DNA of 63,992 bases, counting the filler, from Gemmatimonadota bacterium (GTDB lineage: Bacteria; 4572-55; J002): the NCBI GenBank assembly GCA_003697105.1. It is 6 parts of 6 records of this genome, joined end to end, with 100 filler letters (N's around TTAATTAATTAA, not from the genome) between each part and the next. Parts side by side here need not be neighbours in the genome. Positions count along the whole stretch, not along the records: positions 21,869 to 44,713 come from RFFQ01000190.1; positions 44,814 to 49,099 come from RFFQ01000001.1; positions 49,200 to 59,781 come from RFFQ01000195.1; 3 more parts are not named here. One strand, given 5' to 3'. A program made the translations under genes and the position numbers. The notes beneath the pieces are model-generated. The model had not been told where the DNA came from. It worked only from the letters and a program-made list of their open reading frames with translations, and ran no database searches. Shown piece by piece: positions 40,977-49,600 of this stretch. Every line of letters starts with the position of its first letter. The first letter of the stretch is position 1.

Positions 40977-41624
40977 ATGCCAACCGCTTTGATCATTGTG
41001 AATGGGTTGCTCCCCCAACCCCCGATTTTAACCGATTGTCTGCGACAAGTGGATCAGATCATTTGTGCGGATGGCGGGGCAAACCGGGCGTGCGCTGCCG
41101 GAATCATCCCGGATGTTATCGTGGGCGATCTGGATTCCATCACACCCGAAACCCGCGCTCAATTGTGTACCACCACCTACCTCTACCGCCCCTCCCAATA
41201 CGCTACGGACTTAGAAAAAACCCTACAGTATGCCGTGGAACAGCATATTCAAAAAGCCCTGTTGGTCGGTATGACGGGTTTCCGATTAGACCATCAAATT
41301 TGTAATTTACACATGATGGAAAAATTTGCGACCCACCTTGAACTCGAACTCCATGATGATTTCGGTGTCGGTTCGTTTTTGATTGCCCCTGAACCCCGTT
41401 CATTCCGGTTTGAAACCTTTCCGGGGCAACAAATTTCACTGTTTGCATTCCGAAAAACCGCAGGGATTCACACCACCGGCTTAAAATATCCCTTGAAAGG
41501 TGAATCGCTAACGTGGGCGGTACGCGATGGCTTAAGTAATGAAGCCCTCCATACGGAAATTACCATTCAAATTACACAGGGTTCACTATTTTGTTACCGG
41601 GTTCGCCAACTCAAGTCTTGCTAA
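40977..41624 (+). CDS. thiN: Thiamine diphosphokinase
   Basis: ICADGGAN, IVGDLDS, TDLEK, RLDH, GLKYPL, LSNE. Confidence 0.92.
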   Translation: MPTALIIVNGLLPQPPILTDCLRQVDQIICADGGANRACAAGIIPDVIVGDLDSITPETRAQLCTTTYLYRPSQYATDLEKTLQYAVEQHIQKALLVGMTGFRLDHQICNLHMMEKFATHLELELHDDFGVGSFLIAPEPRSFRFETFPGQQISLFAFRKTAGIHTTGLKYPLKGESLTWAVRDGLSNEALHTEITIQITQGSLFCYRVRQLKSC

Positions 41625-41709
41625 CCGCATTACGAGGCTTGTTTATCTTTGCAAGAAAAATTATATTTAGGCATTCGCTCATTTGTCACTTCAACAAAAG
41701 GAGTCCAAA

Positions 41710-43977
41710 ATGTCTGTTAAGTCCCTCGTATTATGGATACTTATCTTCACCGTCAGTATAAATACCCGGTTGGCGGCACAACCCGCGGAAGAGACCCTGG
41801 CAGCCGCACCGGACGGTTGCCAACTCATCCCCGGACGGTTGATTGTCAATTTTCAACCGGCAATTTTTTCCGAGATCGACCCTACGAATATCCGGGTGGA
41901 ACAGGGTATATTGACCACCGGCTTACCCTCCTTAGATGCGATTCATCGAGAGTTGCAGGTTTATGCGGGTTACCGGCTCTTTCCAGAAGCCCCGGCAATT
42001 CGTACCCGGGGTAAAGCCGCCTTACGCACCTACTATATCATCCAATTTCCCGAAACCGTCGATTTGGATCGGGCAAAAACGCTGTATGCGGCACACCCGT
42101 TGGTGGAACATGTGGAGTTTGATCTGGCGTGCCCGGTGTATGAAGAACCCAACGACCCGCACTTTGGGCAACAGTGGGCAATGCCGCGCATCCAAGCGCC
42201 ACTAGCATGGGATTTGACGCATGGTAGTGAGGCGGTTTCCTTGGCATCCTGCGATACCGGCGTGGATTGGAATCACCCCGATTTGGCAGAGAATATCTGG
42301 CAAAATTTAGGTGAAGATGCCGATGGCGACGGAACGGTACTAGAATGGACGGGTTCAACGTGGGTCTATGACCCCGATGATGAAAATGGGGTGGATGATG
42401 ATGGAAATGGCTTTGTTGATGATTTCATCGGGTGGGATTTTCTGGTATCTTCCACCTTTCCGGCACCGGGGGAGGATGGCGACACCCCGGATAATGATCC
42501 GATGGACTTCAATGGGCACGGTACGCACGTCGCCGGAATCATTAGTGCCACAACCGATAATGAGGAAGGTGTCGCCGGAACCGGCTACAACTGCAAAATT
42601 ATGTGCTTACGCAATGGGTATCAAAACATCATTGGGTTGGGTTTGGTAGATATGAGTGCTTCCGCAAATGCGTTCTACTATGGCACCAACATGGGTGTGA
42701 CAGCGATCAATTGTAGTTGGGGTTCAAGTAATGGAGGCGGGCTAGCCGCAGCAACAGATTACGCCATTGAAAACGGGGTATTGATCGTCACGGCGGCTGG
42801 AAACGCCAATAATCAGGAAGCATCTTATCTGGCAAGCCGGGATGACGTCATGTCCGTTGCCGCTACAGATCAAAATGACATTAAAGCCAGCTTTTCCAGT
42901 TATGGCACCTGGGTGGATATTTCTGCCCCGGGCGTGAATATCCACAATACGATGTTTGATGACACCTACGCGGATTTGGATGGAACATCGATGGCAAGCC
43001 CACACGTTGTCGGTCTGGCAGGGTTAATCAAATCGGTCGCGCCGGACTGGCAATGGGAGGAGATTTATAATCGAATTCAAGACACCGCAGACAATATCGA
43101 TGACGTAAACCCTGATTATGCCGGTTTACTGGGAGCGGGGCGAATCAATGCCTTTCAGGCGGTGCAAGGTGTGGGAGACCCGGATATTGAGGTTTCAGTC
43201 TCTGAATTTCACGTGACCCAAGATGAAGGCGACCCGGCACAGCTCACCACCATGACGATCTTCAATTATGGGAGTGAAACATTATCCTTTTCCATCACAG
43301 ATGACCAAGAGTGGATTGAAACCGACCCCTCCACCGGTGAACTCGCCCCGCGGCACCAAGCCGAAATTGCCGTCACCATTGGAGGCGAAAATGTACCGGC
43401 AGGTGAACATACCGGGGAAATCAGCATTACATCCAATGACCCGGATGAATCTCCATTCACCATACCGGTTTTTCTAACAGTTCAAGAATCGGGACCCACT
43501 TACACCATCACCGGACAGGTAACATACAGCTTGGGCAGCCAACGGGGTATTCCCAATGCTACCCTGTATTTAGGGGATAACTACCAGCAAAGAAGCTCAA
43601 CTTCCGGTGACTTTTCGTTTGAACAAATCCCACCCGGTAACTATGCGTTATGGTGCGAAAACTCAGAAGATAACACCGGCATTAGCACCTTTGACGCCGC
43701 TCAAATTGCCCGTTTTGTCACCGGAAATCTGGATTTTAATGAATACCAGCAAATGGCTGCGGATGTCACCGGTGATGGAAATGTCTCAATGTTTGATGCG
43801 GCACGGGTAGCACAATATGCCGCCGAACTGAATCCACCGAATACCCGGGCAGGGCAGTGGCAATTTCTACCCGAACGGTATTCCTACATACCATTGGACA
43901 GCGATCAAACCCAGCAGAATTTTGTTGGAATCCTCTATGGTGAAGTCAGCGGGAATTGGTCACCGCCGGGACGTTAG
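41710..43977 (+). CDS. Secreted S8 subtilisin-like serine protease with Ig-like and dockerin-like C-terminal domains
   Basis: Catalytic triad DTG, HGTHVAG, GTSMASP; signal peptide; ADVTGDGNVSMFDAA dockerin-like repeat; AAGGAG RBS before ATG 41710. Confidence 0.9.
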   Translation: MSVKSLVLWILIFTVSINTRLAAQPAEETLAAAPDGCQLIPGRLIVNFQPAIFSEIDPTNIRVEQGILTTGLPSLDAIHRELQVYAGYRLFPEAPAIRTRGKAALRTYYIIQFPETVDLDRAKTLYAAHPLVEHVEFDLACPVYEEPNDPHFGQQWAMPRIQAPLAWDLTHGSEAVSLASCDTGVDWNHPDLAENIWQNLGEDADGDGTVLEWTGSTWVYDPDDENGVDDDGNGFVDDFIGWDFLVSSTFPAPGEDGDTPDNDPMDFNGHGTHVAGIISATTDNEEGVAGTGYNCKIMCLRNGYQNIIGLGLVDMSASANAFYYGTNMGVTAINCSWGSSNGGGLAAATDYAIENGVLIVTAAGNANNQEASYLASRDDVMSVAATDQNDIKASFSSYGTWVDISAPGVNIHNTMFDDTYADLDGTSMASPHVVGLAGLIKSVAPDWQWEEIYNRIQDTADNIDDVNPDYAGLLGAGRINAFQAVQGVGDPDIEVSVSEFHVTQDEGDPAQLTTMTIFNYGSETLSFSITDDQEWIETDPSTGELAPRHQAEIAVTIGGENVPAGEHTGEISITSNDPDESPFTIPVFLTVQESGPTYTITGQVTYSLGSQRGIPNATLYLGDNYQQRSSTSGDFSFEQIPPGNYALWCENSEDNTGISTFDAAQIARFVTGNLDFNEYQQMAADVTGDGNVSMFDAARVAQYAAELNPPNTRAGQWQFLPERYSYIPLDSDQTQQNFVGILYGEVSGNWSPPGR

Positions 43978-44025
43978 GTCGTCACGCGGACACCTCACTA
44001 TCCCTAATTTCCGGTAATATCCACT

Positions 44026-44059
44026 AAAAAAGGCGATGTTGTGTTCAACATCGCCTTTT
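44026..44059. terminator. Bidirectional intrinsic terminator
   Basis: AAAAGGCGATGTTG/CAACATCGCCTTTT inverted repeat between convergent genes. Confidence 0.8.
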
Positions 44060-44085
44060 CTTGATGACCGGAATAACCCATCTGT

Positions 44086-44547
44086 TTACGCTTCATTCAT
44101 GGGACGTTGGTCGCCGCCCACTAATAACGCCAATTTGAAAATTTTACTCTCATTCAATTCCCCAAACAGACGACGAGTAAGCTCGCGCAAACTACGAGTG
44201 GATTGAATCTCTTCATATTTACTCAAAACACCAACCAATTCCGGGAATTTACGGGCTACTTCCAGCACATACAGTTCAGGCTCGGAAAGTGCTTGATCAA
44301 ATGGCGGCGGATGAATCTGCTTGCGAAACAGCAGATAATCCAGTGAAATACCAAACGTGTTACACATTAACATCAAAAAACGGATGGGTGGAAACGCACG
44401 TCCATTTTCGTACGATTCCAAATTCGATGGTGAATATTCACCATTAAAATGCTTAACAAATTCTTCACGCGTGGCTTTACCTCGCACCTTTCGGATTAAA
44501 GCGCCAAGTTCTTCACGTGTCAAGAATGTTGCGTCATCGTGGTTCAT
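44086..44547 (-). CDS. XRE-family helix-turn-helix regulator
   Basis: LGALIRKVRGK..SNLESYENGRAFP..FGISLDYLL. Confidence 0.8.
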   Translation of the reverse strand: MNHDDATFLTREELGALIRKVRGKATREEFVKHFNGEYSPSNLESYENGRAFPPIRFLMLMCNTFGISLDYLLFRKQIHPPPFDQALSEPELYVLEVARKFPELVGVLSKYEEIQSTRSLRELTRRLFGELNESKIFKLALLVGGDQRPMNEA

Positions 44548-44605
44548 GATACTTCCCCTCGGTTAATTAAAAAAAAAGAAACAAAAATGAATTAAAACCA
44601 ACGTC

Positions 44606-44637
44606 TGCATTTTAATGCAAAATTGAATAGATGTCAA
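44606..44637 (-). promoter_or_regulatory. Promoter of the XRE gene with an overlapping palindrome
   Basis: TTGACA-N17-TAAAAT on the minus strand; TGCATT-TT-AATGCA (44606-44619) covers the -10. Confidence 0.55.
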
Positions 44638-44713
44638 TGATTTTTTGAATGATGGGTTCAAATAAAAATAGTAAGAACTATAAAATATAGTGCTCAAAAC
44701 CACCCCTATACTC

Positions 44714-44813
44714 NNNNNNNNNNNNNNNNNNNNNNNNNNNNNNNNNNNNNNNNNNNNTTAATTAATTAANNNNNNNNNNNNNNNNNNNNNNNNNNNNNNN
44801 NNNNNNNNNNNNN
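44714..44813. other. Artificial contig linker
   Basis: N44-TTAATTAATTAA-N44. Confidence 0.98.
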
Positions 44814-45350
44814 GAAACCGTCTTTCAGCCACAAAATGACGCCACCAATGGTATCTTAACCCTTGATATGACATCCCTGGGACAAACCGAAGGGGTGAGC
44901 GGCAGTGGCGTGCTGGCAGAAATCACCTTTACCGTAAAAAATGCCGGGGATTGGGCAATGGAAGCGGTCGAAATCGTGGCTCTTGATTCCCAATTGCAGC
45001 GGATAGAAGGCATCGCCCTTCAAGGTCTAAACGGCACAGCAAAACATCCCACAAGACCGAACATCCCCACGACCTACCATCTGGCACAAAACCACCCGAA
45101 CCCGTTCAATCCGGTGACGGCAATCCGCTACCAATTGCCCCAAACCCAAGCGGTCAACTTGCGGATTTACGATGTCAGCGGACGGCTCGTGCGGGCACTG
45201 GTGGAAAACGAAATCCACGAAGCCGGTTACTATGTGCTAGAATGGGACGGCACCGATGATGCCGGTCAAGCCGTTTCCAGCGGAATGTACATCTATCAAT
45301 TTGATGCGGGACCATTTTCCCAAACCCGCCAGATGTTACTGGTGAAATAG
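44814..45350 (+). CDS. C-terminal fragment of a T9SS cargo protein: cohesin-like domain plus FlgD-Ig/type A sorting domain
   Basis: Frame is open from the contig edge. SGSGVLAEITF (cohesin-like); LAQNHPNPFNP..IYDVSGRLVR..WDGTDDAGQAVSSGMYIY..MLLVK. Confidence 0.82.
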   Translation, partial: ETVFQPQNDATNGILTLDMTSLGQTEGVSGSGVLAEITFTVKNAGDWAMEAVEIVALDSQLQRIEGIALQGLNGTAKHPTRPNIPTTYHLAQNHPNPFNPVTAIRYQLPQTQAVNLRIYDVSGRLVRALVENEIHEAGYYVLEWDGTDDAGQAVSSGMYIYQFDAGPFSQTRQMLLVK

Positions 45351-45378
45351 ACGCGAGCGGTTGGAAACCAACGATCTG

Positions 45379-45416
45379 AAAAATCCCCACTGGAGAGCCA
45401 TCCGGTGGGGATTTTT
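45379..45416. terminator. Bidirectional intrinsic terminator
   Basis: AAAAATCCCCACTGGA/TCCGGTGGGGATTTTT. Confidence 0.78.
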
Positions 45417-45440
45417 AGTGGTGAATTCAATTTGGGGAGA

Positions 45441-46364
45441 TTAGGCGAGATTCTGCAAAATCCGGCAGTAACTTTCGTACCGCATCGGGTGAATCTGACC
45501 GGCATCGAGCGCCGCTTTTACGGCGCAGTTGGGTTCGGTCACATGGATGCAATCATCAAAATAACAATTATCCAACAGCGGCACCATCTCCGGGTAACAG
45601 AGGCTCAACCCAACTTTATCTATCCCCCAAATGCTGAGTTCTTTAAGTCCGGGGGTATCCACAATTGCCCCTCCCAAGGAGAGGTCGAACATCTGGGCGG
45701 CAGTTGTAGTATGCCGTCCTTTGCCGGTTTTTTGGCTAATCTTACCCACCCGCAGTGACAAATCCGGCTCAATCGCATTCAGCGTAGTTGATTTCCCAAC
45801 CCCTGAAAAACCAATCAGCACCGAAAGTTTATCCTGTAAGATCGTCTTTAGCTGGTCGATATTCTCCCCGGTTTTCGCGGAAATTTTTAGGCAAGGATAG
45901 CCAATTGAAGCGTATATTTGGATTAGCGAATCCAGTTCCGGGGGGGCAATATCCATTTTGTTAAACACCAGCACCGCTGGAATCTCGCACGCTTCGGCAA
46001 TAACTAGAAAGCGGTCGATTTTGGGAACGGTCGGATCGGGTTGTGCCGCGGCAACCACAATAATGATCTGGTCGAGATTCGCCGCAAGAATATCCTCTTT
46101 ACTACCCACAATCGGCGAGGATTGGCGGGAGAGCTTATTTTTACGGGGCAAAATCTCGGTGATGACGCCCCGTTCATCATTTGGGGCTTGTTCACACTGC
46201 ACCCAGTCACCAACGGCAATCGGGCTGAGAACGGTCGGGTCTTGCTTGAGGGTTTTACGGAGATAACAGATGATCTCATCTGCCGTACCGTCCGGACGGA
46301 CGTAAATGGTCTGCCCTAAGGCGCGGGTAACGAGTCCTGAAAAGTGGCGGGTGTCATTTTTCAT
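45441..46364 (-). CDS. rsgA: Ribosome small subunit-dependent GTPase A
   Basis: Circularly permuted GTPase motifs NKMD, GFSGVGKS, GRHTT, DTPG, and the Zn site CYFDDCIHVTEPNC. Confidence 0.95.
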   Translation of the reverse strand: MKNDTRHFSGLVTRALGQTIYVRPDGTADEIICYLRKTLKQDPTVLSPIAVGDWVQCEQAPNDERGVITEILPRKNKLSRQSSPIVGSKEDILAANLDQIIIVVAAAQPDPTVPKIDRFLVIAEACEIPAVLVFNKMDIAPPELDSLIQIYASIGYPCLKISAKTGENIDQLKTILQDKLSVLIGFSGVGKSTTLNAIEPDLSLRVGKISQKTGKGRHTTTAAQMFDLSLGGAIVDTPGLKELSIWGIDKVGLSLCYPEMVPLLDNCYFDDCIHVTEPNCAVKAALDAGQIHPMRYESYCRILQNLA

Positions 46365-46486
46365 AATACGTGATACTGGTATCCGTCTTTGTAGGTTTGT
46401 TTGTAGGCGATAGGTTCAATGAAGTTCCACCGATCACTGGATGATAATTGATAGTCATTACCTGAATGTAACATCTTTCTAATCAA

Positions 46487-47638
46487 TTAGTTAGAACGGG
46501 CAACTTTCCATTTGGACTGCGTATCACCTCGTAAAAACCGTAAAATAGCAATGAATGCCGCCAAATTCATCAGGCAAAAATAAAATGGAATTTTGAATTT
46601 TCCAACGGGTTTTTGCAAGCGATCCAGCATAAATCCGGTAAATGCCGCGCCGTAAAATATCACTTGTAAACCCAGTAAAATTCGTCCAATCCACATATCT
46701 AATATAAACAGATTAGCAACTAGAATCCCGATCATCCAAAAGGGAACCAACCAGCGCATGATCTTGTGAGAGACGAGTTGAAAACCGAAAATACCGGAAA
46801 AAGGTTTGATTTGATGATAATACCGCTTGAGGGTAATCAATTCTTGTAAAATAATCCGAATTTTGCGATGGTATGCTTGTGAGGTCGTTTCGTCAGTGGA
46901 TTCATAAGCGATGGCATCCGGTTCGTAGATGACGCGGTAGCCGTTTTTATGGATCAATATCGGGATGGTAAAATCATCGCACACATCCACGTCCAGTGAC
47001 GGGTACAACTCCTTACGGATGGCATAAATTGAGCCATTGGCACCAATTAACGAATTGAACCGGCTCTCTTGCCCCTTTAGCCATTTTTCATAGCGCCAAT
47101 AAAGCCCTTCACCGTCACCCATTGTTTTTTGTTGGGGATTCGTTAATGATAAATTTCCACAAACCACCCCAATGGTTGGATCGGTAAAATGGGGTAATAA
47201 TTTAAGTACCGCATCGGGGTGATACATGGAGTTGGCATCGGAAAAAACAATGAAATCACCGGTAGCATGGGGAACCGCCTCATTTAAGGCGTTCACTTTG
47301 CCGCGATGATCAATAACCTCATATAAGGTGATATGGGGATGTTCCGCAACAAAAGATTGAACTATCTCTACGGTTCTATCCGAACACGCATCCACCGCCA
47401 CTAAAATTTGCAGTTTATCTTTCGGATAGTTGAGTTCCAACGAATTCTTGAGTTTCTCCGCCATAACAGCTTCTTCATTATGGGCGGCAATTAGTAACGT
47501 TACTGAAGGAGCAAAATCCGGGTGTTTTGGCAGAGATTGGGATTTCGGAAAACGCAGATTCAATCCCCAGATAAGAAGGGGATAGATGAAATACGTATAA
47601 CTAATAAGCAACAAACATAGTAAAATTAGGTATATCAT
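46487..47638 (-). CDS. GT2 family glycosyltransferase, membrane-bound
   Basis: IAAHNEE, FSDANS, GANGSIYAIRK, terminal TM helices. Confidence 0.9.
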   Translation of the reverse strand: MIYLILLCLLLISYTYFIYPLLIWGLNLRFPKSQSLPKHPDFAPSVTLLIAAHNEEAVMAEKLKNSLELNYPKDKLQILVAVDACSDRTVEIVQSFVAEHPHITLYEVIDHRGKVNALNEAVPHATGDFIVFSDANSMYHPDAVLKLLPHFTDPTIGVVCGNLSLTNPQQKTMGDGEGLYWRYEKWLKGQESRFNSLIGANGSIYAIRKELYPSLDVDVCDDFTIPILIHKNGYRVIYEPDAIAYESTDETTSQAYHRKIRIILQELITLKRYYHQIKPFSGIFGFQLVSHKIMRWLVPFWMIGILVANLFILDMWIGRILLGLQVIFYGAAFTGFMLDRLQKPVGKFKIPFYFCLMNLAAFIAILRFLRGDTQSKWKVARSN

Positions 47639-48825
47639 TTCATTTCATTGAGCACGTCGATATACACCTGCTCCAACCTTTCTGCAATTCTTTCCCAAGT
47701 ATATTGTTCTTGGATGAGCTTATACCCATTCTGAGCGATGTTACAGCGTAATTCTGGTTCCTCCAACAGAGTGATAATTGCTTCCGCAAAGGCGTCTGGC
47801 GTATCCGCTAACAAAATATTTTCGCCAGATTTAACATGGATACCTTCCGCACCAATCGATGTAGAAACAACGGCTTTTTTCATTGCCATTGCTTCCAAAA
47901 TTTTTAAGCGCATTCCGCCACCAATCCGCAATGGGACCACAAAAATAGAGGATTGGTGTACATACGGGCGGACATCTTCAACGCGCCCTGTAATAATAAT
48001 ATGTTCATCTTGACGGGTTAATAGGCGATCCGATGGATTTCGTCCCACCACATAGAACGTCACATCTGGAATGTGCGCCTGAATCAGCGGTAATATGTGG
48101 TCGATAAACCACAAAACGCCATCGTCATTGGGACGCCAAATCATATCACCCGTAAAGACCAATTGACGAGGGTTTACCGGTACGTTTCCATTCGGGTGAA
48201 AATACCCATCATCAACACCCGCGGTTACAAGGGCAGTCTCTACATCTTCTATCACCGCATGAAGAAATTGTTCATCGACCGGAGAAATCATTAAACACCG
48301 ATTAAATAGGGAACAGCTGTCAATCTCATATTGATGGAGTTTCTTCCATTGTAAATAGGCGTAAAACTTCACAAACGGATTGGTTGTATGTTGATAAAAT
48401 CGTTTCATAATGTGGTTTTCAATATTATGACATCGCAATACGACCGGTAATTCCCCACAAAAAGGTCTATATTGAGCCATATGAAGGTGATCGATCCGGA
48501 CGAGGTCATACGCATGATCCCGAACTAATGTTTTGATTAATTCCGCCATTTCAGGAACATTATACCGTTCTATGGTATACGGGGTATTAGAAAATAAGTT
48601 CACGAACATTTTAAAAATGTCATAATTAAACGAATGTGGAATCACATGTACAGATTCACAATAGGATTCTAACGTCCGGAGATATTGCTCTTCTCCCTCA
48701 CGAATAAACGAAACCAATGTAATCGAATGACGCGATGATAAGAACTTAATGGAGTTGAAAACCTCTAATTTTCCACCGCCTTCAGGTGGGTAGGGTAGCC
48801 AAGCTGTAATTTGTAAAATATTCAC
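47635..48825 (-). CDS. GT4 family glycosyltransferase
   Basis: LPYPPEGGG, VVPLRIGGGMRLKILEAMA, STSIGAEG. Confidence 0.9.
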   Translation of the reverse strand: MNILQITAWLPYPPEGGGKLEVFNSIKFLSSRHSITLVSFIREGEEQYLRTLESYCESVHVIPHSFNYDIFKMFVNLFSNTPYTIERYNVPEMAELIKTLVRDHAYDLVRIDHLHMAQYRPFCGELPVVLRCHNIENHIMKRFYQHTTNPFVKFYAYLQWKKLHQYEIDSCSLFNRCLMISPVDEQFLHAVIEDVETALVTAGVDDGYFHPNGNVPVNPRQLVFTGDMIWRPNDDGVLWFIDHILPLIQAHIPDVTFYVVGRNPSDRLLTRQDEHIIITGRVEDVRPYVHQSSIFVVPLRIGGGMRLKILEAMAMKKAVVSTSIGAEGIHVKSGENILLADTPDAFAEAIITLLEEPELRCNIAQNGYKLIQEQYTWERIAERLEQVYIDVLNEMK

Positions 48826-48840
48826 AATAAACCTATTATG

Positions 48841-49098
48841 TTATACCGCCAACCAGTCATGATTTGTTTCATAACCCAGTTGAATGAGGACATCGTCGAA
48901 TAAAGCTAAAAACCGTTGTTTATGGACGTGCTGAAAGTATGTCTTCCACTGATTCGTTTTTCCGGATCGAATATGTTTCGATGATGTTTGACCCGAGAAT
49001 AAACTGTTTTCGTAAGCAATCTTAAGAGTTACCGGTAAGGTGGAGGTCGGTAACCCTAAAAATAAAAATAACTGATGAAATAAAAACAGGTCTTCATC
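48841..49098 (-). CDS. Sulfotransferase-like protein, C-terminal fragment (absent from the ORF track)
   Basis: Manual translation gives DEDLFLFHQLFLFLGL...KHIRSGKTNQWKTYF...LIQLGYETNHDWLAV*, resembling the RxGxxxxW(K)xxF and LGY C-terminal motifs of PAPS sulfotransferases. Confidence 0.65.
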   Translation of the reverse strand, partial: DEDLFLFHQLFLFLGLPTSTLPVTLKIAYENSLFSGQTSSKHIRSGKTNQWKTYFQHVHKQRFLALFDDVLIQLGYETNHDWLAV

Positions 49099-49099
49099 C

Positions 49100-49199
49100 N
49101 NNNNNNNNNNNNNNNNNNNNNNNNNNNNNNNNNNNNNNNNNNNTTAATTAATTAANNNNNNNNNNNNNNNNNNNNNNNNNNNNNNNNNNNNNNNNNNNN
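49100..49199. other. Artificial contig linker
   Basis: N44-TTAATTAATTAA-N44. Confidence 0.98.
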
Positions 49200-49600
49200 G
49201 TGGAAAGTGAACAACCGGCGCTGGAAGATGAATTTCTGGCAGCGGAGAGTGAACAACCGGCGCTGGAAGATGAGTTTTTAACGGCGGAGGCAGAACAACC
49301 GGCGTTGGAAGACGAGTTTTTTGAGGCAGAACCTGCTCCTCCGGTGGAAGCGGCGCAACCGGCGCTGGAAGATGACTTTTTTGAGGCAGAACCTGCTCCT
49401 CCGGTGGAAAGTGAACAACCGGCGCTGGAAGATGAATTTCTGGCAGCGGAGAGTGAACAACCGGCGTTGGAAGACGAGTTTTTTGAGGCAGAACCTGCTC
49501 CTCCGGTGGAAAGTGAACAACCGGCGCTGGAAGATGAATTTCTGGCAGTGGAGAGTGAACAACCGGCGCTGGAAGATGAGTTTCTGGCAGCGGAGAGCGA
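49200..49600 (+). repeat. Coding tandem repeat with 42-nt and 60-nt units (ESEQPALEDEFLAA / EQPALEDEFFEAEPAPPV)
   Basis: Eight copies of CAACCGGCGYTGGAAGAYGA. Confidence 0.92.
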
